Source: Enterobacter phage phiEap-3. Taken from it: DNA of 64,000 nucleotides. The notes beneath the pieces were generated by a model. The model had not been told where the DNA came from. It worked only from the letters and a program-made list of their open reading frames with translations, and ran no database searches. A program made the position numbers and the translations under genes. Shown here one piece after another: positions 18,700 through 27,676 of the stretch (position 1 is its first letter; every line of letters begins with the position of its first letter). The stretch lies in sequence record KT321315.1. The stretch is one strand, 5' to 3'.

Positions 18700-18993
18700 A
18701 TGAAACGCTCTTACAACATGAATGAACTGGTTTTCTTCAAAACTCGTCGTGAAGCCCGTGCTTACGTTCTGGCGGCTGGTAAAAATACTTCTGCTGCTAT
18801 CGATATGGGTACTGATAAAGCCGTTGGTGCTCGTTGGGCCGCTGTTATCGTTATCGCTGCTCCGGTTACTCCGGTTAAAACTCTGGTACTTGGTGCGCGT
18901 CACACTGAAACTCTTAACACTGCTGCAAGCGGTAGGGGCCACGAAGTTAAAGTGTTCAAGAAGCGTTCTTATCTTTCATGTGCAAGGGGTTAA
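18700..18993 (+). CDS. small highly basic Ala/Val-rich protein with E. coli-type optimal codon usage
   Basis: SD GAGGATGA; codons almost exclusively GCT/GTT/ACT/CGT/AAA/GGT/CTG/CCG; net charge about +11; the overlapping track frames look like shadow ORFs. Confidence 0.6.
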   Translation: MKRSYNMNELVFFKTRREARAYVLAAGKNTSAAIDMGTDKAVGARWAAVIVIAAPVTPVKTLVLGARHTETLNTAASGRGHEVKVFKKRSYLSCARG

Positions 18994-18995
18994 TT

Positions 18996-19235
18996 ATGGC
19001 ACGATTCATATATAAAGTGGAATACGAAAATACTGAATTATCCGATACCTTTTTGAAGATGATTCGTGACCACGGGCAACGTCTGGAAAGAGTAACGATT
19101 GATACTGCGTTTGATTGTCCTGTTGGGTTGGTTCTAACATTATCTTGCAGCCCTGCAAAAGAATCAGCCCGTGTTGAAATGTTACATAAACTAAATGCAT
19201 TTTATGAAGGTGGTAGTGTATGGCGAGTATTGTAA
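18996..19235 (+). CDS. hypothetical protein
   Basis: ATG 18996 after AAGGGG SD. Confidence 0.45.
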   Translation: MARFIYKVEYENTELSDTFLKMIRDHGQRLERVTIDTAFDCPVGLVLTLSCSPAKESARVEMLHKLNAFYEGGSVWRVL

Positions 19236-19390
19236 AATTTTTCACCGACTCAGTGAAAGAAATTAAAAGCGCTCTGGAACAATGGAACACTCGCTGTGAT
19301 GTATCCATTAAATCAGAGTACGAAACAACTTATGATCGTTATGATCAGGCCCGTGGCTTGCACAATAACCCCCATGAGGTGGAAGTGTGA
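19220..19390 (+). CDS. hypothetical 56-aa protein
   Basis: Small ORF below the track cutoff; coordinates approximate. Confidence 0.3.
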   Translation: MASIVKFFTDSVKEIKSALEQWNTRCDVSIKSEYETTYDRYDQARGLHNNPHEVEV

Positions 19391-19622
19391 AATACTACGG
19401 ATTCAAAACGAGTCATTTTGGTAAAGCGTATCGTACAGAAAACATCGATCGCAAACGACCGTACTATGATTCTTTAGTACGCGCGGGACGCAAACGCGCT
19501 CGCCAGGAAGGGAAGAAAGAAGGTGAAGATCGTGGATAATTGGAAAACATGGGTATCAATTATCGTTGGTGTTATCATCGGTCGGGGTTTGTATGATTTA
19601 ATATTTTCGGCGGGGGTTCATT

Positions 19623-20063
19623 ATGGACATTGGTTCTGGTAGTCAGTACCCATCATGCGCATTGAGCAACTTCGCCCCTCATCCATTCACGTTTGACGGG
19701 GTAGAATGTGCATCAATGGAGGGCTTTTTACAAAGCCTTAAATTCAGCAATCCCGATATGCAAGCCCATGTATGTACTCTGGTAGGCAAGGCCGCAAAAT
19801 TCAAAGGCAAAAAGAAAAAATGGTGGACTAACCAGACCCTATACTGGAAAGGTATCCCTATTCATCGTTCCTCTGAGGCGTATCAAATCCTGATTGAAAA
19901 CGCATATAATGCGTTATTCCTTAATGAAGGGTTTCGCCGTGCGCTGGCAGCAACCGGAAAAAGTACCTTGACACATTCAATGGGAAAGAATAAAATAAAC
20001 GAAACTGTACTGACTGAAAGAGAGTTTGTACGCAACTTAACCCGATTGAGAGATCTGTTATGA
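19623..20063 (+). CDS. NADAR (YbiA-like) domain protein
   Basis: LSNFAPHPFTFDGVECASMEGFLQSLKF closely matches the YbiA/NADAR core (FSNFAAWPIKVDGKTWPTSEHYFQAQKF). Confidence 0.8.
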   Translation: MDIGSGSQYPSCALSNFAPHPFTFDGVECASMEGFLQSLKFSNPDMQAHVCTLVGKAAKFKGKKKKWWTNQTLYWKGIPIHRSSEAYQILIENAYNALFLNEGFRRALAATGKSTLTHSMGKNKINETVLTEREFVRNLTRLRDLL

Positions 20064-20323
20064 GTGAAAAAGAAAGAGTAGAATGCGTGTTTCTGTTCAA
20101 AGGCGCGATTAATCCATTAGCGTTACTGTATGCGCAACATGCATTACGTTCAACGTTGATTCAGAGTGTTATCTATAAAGCAGGTGTGTATTATGTTACC
20201 ATCGGCGCAAATAACATGGTTGTTATTGAATCCTACGTTAAGGAATGTGCATTAAACGGCGTTGTCTTTGATAAAGTCGATTTTGATGCTGGGGTAGATG
20301 CTGTTTATATGTATAAGGGTTGA
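20060..20323 (+). CDS. hypothetical protein
   Basis: ATGA-coupled ORF. Confidence 0.4.
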   Translation: MSEKERVECVFLFKGAINPLALLYAQHALRSTLIQSVIYKAGVYYVTIGANNMVVIESYVKECALNGVVFDKVDFDAGVDAVYMYKG

Positions 20324-20324
20324 T

Positions 20325-20546
20325 ATGAGTTACGTAGTTTATTTCGATTGTTCGGATCTCGATCCGTTCGTTCTTCAACAGGCAAAGAAATATCATCAGG
20401 ATGTCGTTGGCATTGGTGTAACAAATGATGATATGTTGTGCATCGAATTTGAATATTATCGGACATTTGAGCGTGATTATTTCCTGGGTGAATTGAACGC
20501 ATTCAAAAGTACCCTTTTCTTTGATCGTTATGAGGTTATATCTTGA
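20325..20546 (+). CDS. hypothetical protein
   Basis: ATG 20325 after AAGGG SD. Confidence 0.4.
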   Translation: MSYVVYFDCSDLDPFVLQQAKKYHQDVVGIGVTNDDMLCIEFEYYRTFERDYFLGELNAFKSTLFFDRYEVIS

Positions 20547-21157
20547 AACCTGTTATTCTTACCGATATTGACGGGATCGCCGTAAAATGGCAAAGCGGCC
20601 TCCCGTTCTTTTTGTCTAAGCACAACATGCCTACTGATATTGCATTGGAAATGGTTACGGATGAAAAATTTCGTGATATGACTGAAATCTTCGGATGTGA
20701 TCAGCAGTTGGCTAAAATCCTTATGGAAGAATACAATAACAGTTCTTTCATTCGTTATCTGAACGCGTATGATGATGCATTGATTGTGATCAACCGTCTG
20801 AAAACGCAATATGATTTCGTTGCCGTTACCGCCCTGGGAACAACACCAACAGCAAGCCTTAACCGAATTGCTAACCTGAATACTCTTTTTCCTTCTGCGT
20901 TTAAAGAGGTGATGGTCGTGGGCCACGGTGAAACAAAAACTCATCGTTACCTGGAAGCAAAAGCAAAGTATGGTAATCGTCTGGTTTGCTTTGTCGATGA
21001 TCTCGCGATAAACTTAAACGAATGTCATAACGTCATTAGTCAGTTGCCGTTATTCCATATGTTACGTGGTGAACGTGAAGAAACAAATGCACCTCACCAG
21101 TTAGTAAAATCGTGGTTTGAAATTGAAGAGAAACTAAATGATCTTGTCAATCCTTAA
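20543..21157 (+). CDS. HAD-superfamily hydrolase-like protein (putative nucleotidase/phosphatase)
   Basis: N-terminal ILTDIDG (HAD motif I) and a C-terminal FVDD-type motif. Confidence 0.45.
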   Translation: MKPVILTDIDGIAVKWQSGLPFFLSKHNMPTDIALEMVTDEKFRDMTEIFGCDQQLAKILMEEYNNSSFIRYLNAYDDALIVINRLKTQYDFVAVTALGTTPTASLNRIANLNTLFPSAFKEVMVVGHGETKTHRYLEAKAKYGNRLVCFVDDLAINLNECHNVISQLPLFHMLRGEREETNAPHQLVKSWFEIEEKLNDLVNP

Positions 21158-22667
21158 TGAACTTGCTTCTACTCTGAAAACTAAAGAGAAAGAAGCAATT
21201 TTAAAACGTAATGCAGATAATGAATTGTTGAAAGAAGTTTTCCGCATTACGTATACAAAACAGATTATGTTTTATGTGCGTCAATTCCCTCTGGTAGAAG
21301 GGAAACCAGGCACAACACCGCTTTCCGATGCAATCAAAGCATTGCTGGAAGATTTAGCAAGCCGGAAATATACAGGCAATGCAGCGCGTGATCGTTTACT
21401 GGATATTGTATCATCAGTGAACATTAACGATCGTGAAGTGCTACGCCGTATCATTAACCGCGATCTGGAATGTGGTGCTGGCACAACCTTACCAAACCGG
21501 GTATGGAAGAAACTTATACCTGAACAGCCTCAATGCCTCGCTACGCCGTTTAGCGAAAAGGCTTTACGTCGCATCATTTTCCCGGCTTACTCGCAGCTTA
21601 AAGCCGATGGTGCGCGTTGTATGGCTGATTTGTTGGAAGCATTAAACCGTAAGGTATCGAGGGCGGGTAACGAGTACGAAGGGTTAACCCAACTTGATAT
21701 CGATCTGAAAAAGATACGTGATTATCTGGGATATGATGTAGTTCTGGATGGAGAATTGATTTATGTTCCTTCCGGAACCGTACCAACATTACCTGAACCT
21801 GAAACAGACATGCCTTTTTCTTTATCTGCTTTCATGGACGATGATGATAACGACATTGCGCTATTTGCGGAAGAAGTTAGAAAAGTATCGACCCCAGAAG
21901 AAGAACAGGCCGAAGCAAAACGCGAAGAAGGGAACGGGATCGTAAACAAATCTCTGAAAGGGACGATCACCGAAGAAGAACAGCGAAACATTGTTTATGT
22001 TGTTTGGGATATTATTCCATATGAGGTGTATTACGGCGAAGCTGAAAGTGTTCAGACTTATGATGAACGGTTTAGCCTGTTGCGTGATATCCTCCTGGAT
22101 CTTTCTCTGCCTTCTGTTCGCTTGATTCAGTCTAAGCTAGTGAATAACATTGCAGAAGCGAAACAGGACTATAACAATTACCGCAATGACGGTAAAGAAG
22201 GTTCTATTCTCAAAAACAGAAACTTCAAATGGAAAGATTCGCGAGTAGCTGATCAGGTTAAGCTGAAAAACAAAACCCCGATTGAACTACGGATCATTGA
22301 TATCTACGCGCACACTAAAGAAGACCATAAGGTCGGCGGGTTTGTTGTGGAAGATTTATCCGGAATGGCTCGAACGAATACCGGATCTGGGTTAACTGAT
22401 ACAGATTATCGTTACGATGATGATGGTATTACCCGTGTATACATTCCATTAGATGAACGTGGTGAACTGGATCGCGAATACATCATGGCGCATAAAGATG
22501 AATACATTGGGGCCATTGTAGAAATGGAAGTTGACGGCCTCCAGAAGTCGAAAACGCGTAAGAAAGGGGAACCGGAATACAGTTTCTTCCTTCCTATTAT
22601 CAAGAAGATAAGACGCGATAAGACTGAACCAGACGATATTCATGTTGTCTTTGCAGATCTATTTTAA
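21138..22667 (+). CDS. 30: ATP-dependent DNA ligase
   Basis: Collinear similarity to T4 gp30 (MILxILNE..., active-site LKADGARC KxDG motif); 509 aa. Confidence 0.95.
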   Translation: MILSILNELASTLKTKEKEAILKRNADNELLKEVFRITYTKQIMFYVRQFPLVEGKPGTTPLSDAIKALLEDLASRKYTGNAARDRLLDIVSSVNINDREVLRRIINRDLECGAGTTLPNRVWKKLIPEQPQCLATPFSEKALRRIIFPAYSQLKADGARCMADLLEALNRKVSRAGNEYEGLTQLDIDLKKIRDYLGYDVVLDGELIYVPSGTVPTLPEPETDMPFSLSAFMDDDDNDIALFAEEVRKVSTPEEEQAEAKREEGNGIVNKSLKGTITEEEQRNIVYVVWDIIPYEVYYGEAESVQTYDERFSLLRDILLDLSLPSVRLIQSKLVNNIAEAKQDYNNYRNDGKEGSILKNRNFKWKDSRVADQVKLKNKTPIELRIIDIYAHTKEDHKVGGFVVEDLSGMARTNTGSGLTDTDYRYDDDGITRVYIPLDERGELDREYIMAHKDEYIGAIVEMEVDGLQKSKTRKKGEPEYSFFLPIIKKIRRDKTEPDDIHVVFADLF

Positions 22668-22669
22668 TA

Positions 22670-22720
22670 AAAAGCCCTTGACTCCGGTCGGGGGCTTTGT
22701 TATATTGCATATCGAAACGT
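22670..22720 (+). repeat. PeSL-like cassette copy a (terminator hairpin, TATATT box, CATATCGAAACG leader)
   Basis: AAAAGCCCTTGACTCCGGTCGGGGGCTTT hairpin, then TATATTGCATATCGAAACG, then SD and ATG 22742. Confidence 0.6.
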
Positions 22721-22741
22721 AAATCACTGAGAGAATATATT

Positions 22742-23311
22742 ATGACTAGTAGTTATCAGAAACACAAAACCCTTATGGCAAACCTGTCCGGTAAACATAT
22801 CGACGAAGTAAAATCCCTGCTGACAGTAACCGAAGGCTCCCGTTTTGACACAAATCACATTATCAAACCTTCTGTGAAGAAAGTACTGAAAGTGATTTAC
22901 CGACATCCGGTGTATCAGTGCGTTCATATCATGAACAGCAACGCATTTATTTTCGTATATAACGAATCCGATGATACGTGTGTTGGTATTTTCCGAAAAC
23001 CTAACTTTGAATGCATGAGCGAAGCGGCTGTTGCAACCCCTATCGTTGAAGAATATCCGGATTATGTTCAACGCAACATGCGTTATGTGCAATCCCGACT
23101 TGATTATGCACACGATTTCAATTCTGACGCGGTAGAAGCGCTGGCGGATATCCTTTGCAAAAACCAGAAAGATCGTCAAATGACAAAATATCTGACAGAT
23201 CCAACACCGTCAACAATCCGAATTTCTGTTGAAGTTCCGTTTGAAAATCATTTCATGGCGGTTGAAGCGCTTGCTAAACTTGGTTTAGAAGTGAAAACAG
23301 AAGCCGTTTAA
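22742..23311 (+). CDS. hypothetical protein
   Basis: ORF; the track start 22697 reads through the cassette. Confidence 0.5.
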   Translation: MTSSYQKHKTLMANLSGKHIDEVKSLLTVTEGSRFDTNHIIKPSVKKVLKVIYRHPVYQCVHIMNSNAFIFVYNESDDTCVGIFRKPNFECMSEAAVATPIVEEYPDYVQRNMRYVQSRLDYAHDFNSDAVEALADILCKNQKDRQMTKYLTDPTPSTIRISVEVPFENHFMAVEALAKLGLEVKTEAV

Positions 23312-23386
23312 TAGCACTTTTTGTTAAAGAAGCCTCTTGCAATGCAGGGGGCTTTTTTGTATAGTGTGTTCATCGAAACGAAACAC
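23312..23386 (+). repeat. PeSL-like cassette copy b
   Basis: TAGCACTTTTTG, a terminator hairpin, TATAGT, then GTGTTCATCGAAACGAAACAC. Confidence 0.65.
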
Positions 23387-23399
23387 GGAGATAAACAAA

Positions 23400-23603
23400 A
23401 TGGCTCACATGATGAAGAAAGCAGAATTCCTTAACCTGGTTAAAGATTGCGGATTCGCTCACTTGAAAACTTTTCGTGGTAGTGTTTACCTCTATGACCG
23501 TGAAATCCAGGTTGCAGAAGTCTATTGCGCTTCTAACATGCAAGAATCTGGCATTATCTCTGCAATGAACCAATCAATCAAATACCGTAAATGGATGGGC
23601 TGA
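23400..23603 (+). CDS. hypothetical protein
   Basis: ATG 23400 downstream of the cassette. Confidence 0.45.
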   Translation: MAHMMKKAEFLNLVKDCGFAHLKTFRGSVYLYDREIQVAEVYCASNMQESGIISAMNQSIKYRKWMG

Positions 23604-23605
23604 TT

Positions 23606-23782
23606 ATGAAAGTTAACGTTTCTTATGAATCTCGCGTTAATGGCGCACAGTGGCGGAAGCTGGATAACGGGCAAGTAGAAAGGCGTTTACCTGGTTCCGA
23701 TGAATGGACACTTGCGGCAGTGTTGGAAACCGAAATCGATCTGGCAACAAAAGACGGCATTTTGTTTGAGGTGAAGAAATGA
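23606..23782 (+). CDS. hypothetical 58-aa protein
   Basis: Internal ATG of the track ORF 23591. Confidence 0.4.
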   Translation: MKVNVSYESRVNGAQWRKLDNGQVERRLPGSDEWTLAAVLETEIDLATKDGILFEVKK

Positions 23783-23943
23783 TCACACTCAGTGATTATC
23801 TTCTGTTTACTGCTTTTTGGGTGGCGTCGATATTCATAACTGTTTTGATTTACAACAAACGTGATGATTTTGGGTTGTTATTATTCATTCACGGGCTTCC
23901 TCTTTCTATGTGGATCGTGATGACTGCTGAAATTCTCCATTAA
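23779..23943 (+). CDS. hypothetical small membrane protein (54 aa, 2 TM)
   Basis: ATGA-coupled ORF below the track cutoff; hydrophobic. Confidence 0.35.
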   Translation: MITLSDYLLFTAFWVASIFITVLIYNKRDDFGLLLFIHGLPLSMWIVMTAEILH

Positions 23944-24007
23944 TAGCACTTTTTGCTAAAACTATCCTGTTCTTGTTTGGTATAGTGTGTTCATCGAAAC
24001 GAAACAG
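23944..24007 (+). repeat. PeSL-like cassette copy c
   Basis: TAGCACTTTTTGCTAAAAC...TGGTATAGT, then GTGTTCATCGAAACGAAACAG. Confidence 0.65.
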
Positions 24008-24025
24008 ACAAAAGGAACTACGAAA

Positions 24026-24289
24026 ATGGCTAGAACAATCAAAGATTTCCACGATGACCAGATTATCTCTAATGCAATGGGTGGACGCATGATCCTGTTG
24101 ATGGACAGTGACGGTGATATCGTACTGGTTGTTGAAAACGTAGTTCACTACAGTAACCGTAGTCTGGAAGGGATGTTTAACTGGTTGATGCGCCAGCATA
24201 GCGCGGAGAAAAGCAGTCTCCCAGCGGCATGTAAAGCCCACGCTAAAAACCTGGTAATTATCACTAAGTTAAGAATCAGATCTTACTAA
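24026..24289 (+). CDS. hypothetical protein
   Basis: ATG 24026 after AAAGGAA SD. Confidence 0.45.
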   Translation: MARTIKDFHDDQIISNAMGGRMILLMDSDGDIVLVVENVVHYSNRSLEGMFNWLMRQHSAEKSSLPAACKAHAKNLVIITKLRIRSY

Positions 24290-24295
24290 AAAGTT

Positions 24296-24313
24296 GCCCC
24301 TTCGGGGGCTTTT
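24296..24313 (+). terminator. UUCG-tetraloop hairpin terminator (identical to the 9640 copy)
   Basis: GCCCCTTCGGGGGCTTTT. Confidence 0.55.
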
Positions 24314-24336
24314 AACCCCAACAAAAGGAACATCAC

Positions 24337-24627
24337 ATGAACTTCATCGATATCAACAAAGATTTGGAAGGTAAAAACATCAAACTCGTTAACCGTGAAA
24401 TGTTAGAGAGTCTTGGTAACGGTGGCGAAAAATTCAGTGAAGAATTCTATAACAATTTATCGTTGATGACGGTCAAGCGCGTTGATGTTCAGGGTGGTTC
24501 TGGTTGGGTTTCTGCAATTCCGGTTTCCCTGGTAGATCAAGCAACATATGACCCAGTTGCTGATTCATGGGATCTAGAAATGCCGTTGGTATTCGAAGAA
24601 GTCATGAAGTGCTACGAAATCGCATAA
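24337..24627 (+). CDS. hypothetical protein
   Basis: ORF with SD AAAGGAA. Confidence 0.45.
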   Translation: MNFIDINKDLEGKNIKLVNREMLESLGNGGEKFSEEFYNNLSLMTVKRVDVQGGSGWVSAIPVSLVDQATYDPVADSWDLEMPLVFEEVMKCYEIA

Positions 24628-24638
24628 GGAGATTTATC

Positions 24639-24893
24639 ATGAATTTCAATAAAAACAACAAAGCGATCAGCGAAACAATCACCAACAAGAAACACGCTAT
24701 CTTTATCACAAAATACTGTGAAGGTGTTACTCTGCTGTATCGTCGATATGCTGTTATTGAACTATCCCCATGTATCTATAAAACCTATAAAGAAAACAAT
24801 GGATACTGGGAACGTTGTGATGATCTGGTTAGTTTTCTTATGTGGAACGGTGAGTTTCAAGGATATGACGATATCACTCCGTTGATAAAATAG
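24639..24893 (+). CDS. hypothetical protein
   Basis: ATG after AAGGAG SD. Confidence 0.45.
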   Translation: MNFNKNNKAISETITNKKHAIFITKYCEGVTLLYRRYAVIELSPCIYKTYKENNGYWERCDDLVSFLMWNGEFQGYDDITPLIK

Positions 24894-24950
24894 CACTTTT
24901 TGCTAAAACATTAACGATGTCATTTGGTATAGTATGTTCATCGAAACAAA
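24891..24950 (+). repeat. PeSL-like cassette copy d
   Basis: TAGCACTTTTTGCTAAAAC...TGGTATAGT, then ATGTTCATCGAAACAAAGGAG. Confidence 0.6.
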
Positions 24951-24961
24951 GGAGACTAACC

Positions 24962-25261
24962 ATGAAAAACTTATTCACTGTGCCAGCATGGATTGACCAC
25001 AAAGGCGATTACGATTTTATCAACTTCTTTGAGGTTATGGCTTTACTGAATATTGAAAATCAGTGGGTTCGTATGACAGCCAATGATCAGCGTAAACTGT
25101 TCGGTGTTACCCTGTTTGGCAAAAAGCAATTCATGGTTAAATCTTCTGGTGAAGTAATGGTTTGTTGGTCTACTTGCTTCGGAACTGATTCTGAAATCGT
25201 TACTGTCAATCGTGATAATTTGAAAGAAGCAATCAACGACAAAAAGGCGCTTGTATTATGA
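24962..25261 (+). CDS. hypothetical protein
   Basis: ATG 24962. Confidence 0.45.
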   Translation: MKNLFTVPAWIDHKGDYDFINFFEVMALLNIENQWVRMTANDQRKLFGVTLFGKKQFMVKSSGEVMVCWSTCFGTDSEIVTVNRDNLKEAINDKKALVL

Positions 25262-25551
25262 GTAAGGGTACAATGGAAATTAGCGAAGAAGAAGTTAAAG
25301 AACGGTTATCAGTAGCAAGGAGATTCCTTGAATCTATCGATCCGGATAAACTTGGAAAATGCCCCGATACTATTTGCCTTAATTGTGGGCGTTCTGTTCT
25401 TGTTGGTAAGTGTTGCGATAATCCAAATATCGTTGTGATGGAAAAGGAACAAGTATCCCCCGAAACATGGGATCAGATCCAGGAAATCATTAAAAATCCG
25501 CCAGCGCCAACTAAAAAATTACGTGAATTGATGACAAGGAAAATGAAATGA
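25258..25551 (+). CDS. hypothetical zinc-ribbon protein (CxxC...CC)
   Basis: CPDTICLNCG...GKCCDNP cysteine cluster. Confidence 0.45.
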   Translation: MSKGTMEISEEEVKERLSVARRFLESIDPDKLGKCPDTICLNCGRSVLVGKCCDNPNIVVMEKEQVSPETWDQIQEIIKNPPAPTKKLRELMTRKMK

Positions 25552-25925
25552 GCAAATTTAAACTGAGTGCAACCGTTCGCCTTATTCGTTGGAATGGTGA
25601 AGAGATCCGTTATGATGACCCTGAATTCGCCCATGAAATTCTTTCGCATCGTCTGGGATTGAAAAACGCGTCATTGGTTCAGACTGTTAAAACATCAGCA
25701 GATCCGGAAATTTGGCGTTGTGTTATCCTGGATCTCGATAGCAACATTGACTATGACGATCCTAAGAACTATCCGCTTCTGGAAGCACAAGTTGATAATG
25801 CTCCAGAAGACAGACAGTGTTTTTTGGTTGAGTTACCGCGTGAACATTACGAAAACATCATAAAGGCCCGTAGAAAGGTCAACAACAATGTTTTCGATCT
25901 CCACCTCGGATTATTTGAGGATTAA
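25548..25925 (+). CDS. hypothetical protein
   Basis: ATGA-coupled ORF; convergent with the baseplate gene. Confidence 0.45.
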   Translation: MSKFKLSATVRLIRWNGEEIRYDDPEFAHEILSHRLGLKNASLVQTVKTSADPEIWRCVILDLDSNIDYDDPKNYPLLEAQVDNAPEDRQCFLVELPREHYENIIKARRKVNNNVFDLHLGLFED

Positions 25926-27031
25926 GTACTGCTAGTTGTGTTCGTAGTAGCGGCGCTTGTAGGTTCCCCCACCTGTATACATTCAAGTGTTTGCAGGTGG
26001 AAATCTTTTGATACGTCTCGAACACATTCAACGATCAGATATTTTCCTGCATACTCTTCCCCAAATACCTCAATGATTGTTCCTACCTTAACATCTAAAC
26101 GACCCTGCTTTATATCGAATCGGATCCGGCGTTCATAGCTGGATAGCAATTGCATTTTAGAAGCCTGGAACGGTTTACCTTCTGAATCTGGGTTCTGAAA
26201 GTTGGTATCATAGATTGCATTACGGTTTGTGAAGATCCATGTATTCTCTGTGTCTGTATCAGCCAGTATATCACCGTACATCTTTTTATCAGTCAATGAC
26301 AGACTAAAGAAACTGGCGTCTTTAAACAGCGTTGTGTTATCCTTATGGGTAATATACTGGGCTTCTGTGAATATGACAGTATCGCCAACAAACACGTTAT
26401 CAACGTTAAATTTGTATGCTGGGATCGGTGTCTGGGCCAGAATGTCAGTTGAACTTTTAAGGAAAATACCGGAACCGTCTTCCCACAGATAACAGAAGTC
26501 AGAAGAAACTACACTTTGCCCGTTGTCCCTGATATAATCAAATATATCCTGATATGTACCATTTAGACATCCAGGAGGGATACGTATGTTACCGCCGTCA
26601 ATTTCGGGGGTAAGCAGTTTCATTTTGCTATACAGTGCCGTCATACACTCTGTAATCGTCTGTACGGCGTTATTGCTAAATGAACGGGCAAACTTACGTC
26701 TGAACGTTTTGTGCAGCGGAGAGAGGTTCATACGCAGCACAGAACGGTTTTTATCGTCAGTATCTACGTTAGAGTAAAGCAATCCGTAATAATGTTGTTC
26801 CTGTGTACCGTTATACTGGAAAGATACCTGTATGATCGGCTGGATAAGTTGCTGATAGATTAACTGTGCGTCGTATATCTGCATCAGCGTTTCCGATGAG
26901 CCGTTAATCATCGTCTTTTCACTAAACGAGACAAGAGCGGGTAGCAATTCAGTATATGCGTTATCAATGTATTTTTCGTATGATGTATATAATTTAATCG
27001 ATGTGACTCGATTGACGATTTTTTCAGCCAT
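25922..27031 (-). CDS. baseplate hub subunit, gp27-like (putative)
   Basis: 369 aa (T4 gp27 is 391 aa); AGGAGGG SD; divergent from the baseplate operon; weak recalled motif similarity only. Confidence 0.4.
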   Translation of the reverse strand: MAEKIVNRVTSIKLYTSYEKYIDNAYTELLPALVSFSEKTMINGSSETLMQIYDAQLIYQQLIQPIIQVSFQYNGTQEQHYYGLLYSNVDTDDKNRSVLRMNLSPLHKTFRRKFARSFSNNAVQTITECMTALYSKMKLLTPEIDGGNIRIPPGCLNGTYQDIFDYIRDNGQSVVSSDFCYLWEDGSGIFLKSSTDILAQTPIPAYKFNVDNVFVGDTVIFTEAQYITHKDNTTLFKDASFFSLSLTDKKMYGDILADTDTENTWIFTNRNAIYDTNFQNPDSEGKPFQASKMQLLSSYERRIRFDIKQGRLDVKVGTIIEVFGEEYAGKYLIVECVRDVSKDFHLQTLECIQVGEPTSAATTNTTSST

Positions 27032-27100
27032 AAAAATCCCTCCTAATATATCCTATTTACTAAATAGTAAATAATGACCCAGGTTCAATTTGAGGCAATA

Positions 27101-27676
27101 ATGAAAAATAAAACTCTTGATAAATTTATGACTACACGGCTTGAAATCAAGAAGACTAACGTTAAAACCGTTCATCTTCCGGATGGAACAGCCATTGAGA
27201 TTCCTAAGATGTCGTATCGTCATTTTGTAAAGATTAAGACTCTGAAAGATGACCCAGTTGCGATCATGCGATTCATCATTGATGACATCAAACCGCGTGA
27301 ACTGACAGCAGCGGAAATTGAATTTGTGTTGATCCATATGTATGCACACAATAACGCTGATTATGCCAATACGCTTAAAGAAATTGGGCTAAATCTTGAT
27401 GACCTCAAAATCTCCGAACCTTGCTATGATTTTACGTTTAACAATGTGCGGTTAGTCTTTGACAACCCCAGCCTGTTAAATGCTCACCTTCCGTTCCTCA
27501 TCAAAGAGGCATATGTTGACGGTAAGCCAGTAGAATTAACTGAGGATAAACGAGACGAATTAATTAATTGCCTGTACCGATTCGAATATGATCAGGTATC
27601 GCGTGGTGTCCTCCAGGAAGTATACATTATCCATGAGGGGAAAACCATCAAAGGGCTTAACATCATTGGTGAATGA
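27101..27676 (+). CDS. baseplate hub component, gp28-like (assigned by position and size)
   Basis: Precedes gp29; GAGG SD before ATG 27101. Confidence 0.4.
   Translation: MKNKTLDKFMTTRLEIKKTNVKTVHLPDGTAIEIPKMSYRHFVKIKTLKDDPVAIMRFIIDDIKPRELTAAEIEFVLIHMYAHNNADYANTLKEIGLNLDDLKISEPCYDFTFNNVRLVFDNPSLLNAHLPFLIKEAYVDGKPVELTEDKRDELINCLYRFEYDQVSRGVLQEVYIIHEGKTIKGLNIIGE

Noticed and set aside
18658-19015. Alternative frames at the 18700 locus (18658..18942 minus, 18722..19015 plus)
   Set aside because: Low-complexity Leu- or Ser-rich translations typical of shadow frames of a codon-biased gene. Only the 18700 frame has a strong SD at the right spacing.
27032-27100. T4 late promoter (TATAAATA) in the divergent 27/28 intergenic region
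   Set aside because: Only approximate matches (TAAATAGTAAATA) are present, so it was not called.
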